Assembly (NCBI RefSeq): GCF_030684315.1
Contig: NC_081358.1
Span: forward strand, 6,690,496-6,754,495
Length of the DNA: 64,000 nt
Direction of reading: 5' to 3'
Source: Stegostoma tigrinum
Lineage: Eukaryota
The first letter of the stretch is position 1, and the number at the start of each line of letters is the position of its first letter. The notes under the pieces were generated by a model. The model saw only the letters and a list, made by a program, of their open reading frames with translations. It made no database searches and was not told the DNA's origin. Below are positions 62,238 to 64,000 of the stretch, in pieces. A program made the translations under genes and the position numbers.

Positions 62238-64000
62238 TGAAATTCCAAATATACCACATGCACTAGTTCTCCCTCATCTATTGTATGAGTCAAGTCCACA
62301 AATAACTTCAGTAGGTTTGTTAAAACAATTTTTGTAAACTTGTGCTGATTTTGTTTAAGCTAGTTGATATTTTCTAAGTGTTCTACTATCACAGCCTTTA
62401 GAATGAACTCCAATGTTCTTTCTACGCCTGCTATTAGACTAATTGGTTTGTATTTCTCTGTCTTTCCATCCTTCCTTTTTTAAAATACTGATGTAACATT
62501 TTCCATTCTCCAATCAGCCATTTGTGTTTCAAAATCTTAAGAGATGACAACCAACAAATCCATGGCCACTTCCTTTAGTGACCTGGGATATAAATTATCT
62601 GACTGTGGATATTTATCAACTTTCAGCCTTATTAATTTCTTGAACTTCTTTTTTTATTAATACAAATCACATTCAATTCCTCCTTACTAACACACACCTG
62701 CTTCCCTAGCATTTCTCAAAACTTATTTGTGTCTTCTTGAAGACAGTACTAAACTTGTTTCATTGCTCTGCCATTTCCTTGTTGTCCATCATCAACATTT
62801 CAGACTGCAAATGGCCTACATTTCTCTTCATTAATCTTTTTTTTCTTTTACATACTTACAGAAGCTCTTACATTCTGCTTTTATGTTCCTTGCATATAGA
62901 TTCATATACTCCATAATTCCCATCTTAATCTCTTGCTCCCTCTGCCCTCACCACTTTTGATGAATGGTTCAAGTTTTTTAAAAATTAACCTGTAATACAA
63001 TGCTGGTACACTGAGGCAGGCTTCCTGCACAGTCTACCCCCTGACTTGGACAGTCCCTGCTCTCATTGTACTCTGCCACCCAGAACAAAAGCACATCTCA
63101 GGGGCTACTTTTTCCCATCTCAGCTTTACAGCGTCAAGAGTTGGCCTGACTACTTTTCTAACCCAGCAGTAAAAATCCAGCTCTTTTTCTCCAATAGTGT
63201 AATAAATCATAACCTGTTCTTTATTAACTTTGTTTGTCAGTGATTTGTTTATAGGCCCTAAGTTATAAAATGCAGATTGCTCAGCAATTCTCCACAGAGT
63301 TGGTAATGGGCACAGACAAATGGGGAAGTAATGATTCTGTACTTTAGCATACTGGCCCATTATGTGCTGCTACTGCATGGATTGACATTGCTACATACAG
63401 GCCTTACACATACTAACATTCTAACCCTACTGGAAATAATTTACTGGGGAGAGTATAATTAGGTTTATTTGATTCGGTGAATTTATTTGTTGTTGCCTGT
63501 GGCTTGCAGCTATTGTGTTGCTTACCAAAAAACAGAAGGAATTGAACAACTTTTGTTTAAAATTTTTCCTCAATTTTAATCAATTCATAAAATTACACCC
63601 CTAATTATTCTATTCATGGTGCTATGCCTCTGAAAGAAAAGGCAGATTATACGGTTCATCCTTCCTCATATGCCCTCTGTGAAATCAATACCATTACATT
63701 GCTTTCAAGCCATACTACATTTTGATTCTTAAGATTATTAAAGGCATGGTGTCACCCTGGAGTCATATTGCTATAGCACTTGGCTCAGTTACTAACATTC
63801 TTGCTCAAGTCCAATTCAGGCCCTAGTCCAATACTTGGTCATCTAACCTTGGCTGATGCTCACTTGTCAGACACCGAGTATTGCATGATATCACATGCAG
63901 AGGGGAAGGGGATTTATTTTCATATCCTGGAAACATTCCTTCCTCAACAATCACAACCAGCAACAAATGTCCAGCTTCCTGTACTGTTGTGTGATATTGC

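Larger units (their letters stand above)
58950..62930 (-). mobile_element. Fragmented old CR1 hosting the PLE insertions
   Basis: CR1 remnants at about 58950-59580 (DTKLGGIV..EE...LQGNLD.L), 60050-60139 and 62252-62930. Confidence 0.55.

Noticed and set aside
62930-64000. Next upstream STAC exon (expected to end in ..DWWK)
   Set aside because: No matching sequence was found, so it probably lies beyond the window.

Overview
Repeat-dense vertebrate genomic DNA, most likely from a shark or other elasmobranch. This is inferred from the HE1/V-SINE, CR1 and Penelope repeat landscape. The only host gene I can support is the 3' end of a STAC-family gene (tandem SH3 domains, closest to STAC/STAC1) on the minus strand. 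It has two coding exons (58575-58712 and 48902-49000) separated by a 9.6 kb intron, followed by a probable 3' UTR. The rest of the window is intronic or intergenic and contains CR1, L2 and Rex1 LINE fragments, two tRNA-derived SINE families, a decayed Tigger transposon and at least four distinct Penelope-like element (PLE) families. The most notable hidden structure is that each PLE family carries its own minimal hammerhead ribozyme motif (CUGAnGA-N-stem II-GAAA-NN-UH). The core is conserved while the stems differ between families and remain complementary. Many copies are tiny, TSD-flanked fold-back insertions whose inversion points often fall in or beside the ribozyme. Most six-frame ORFs are repeat-derived or spurious. 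Repeat boundaries were estimated by eye unless a TSD is quoted.
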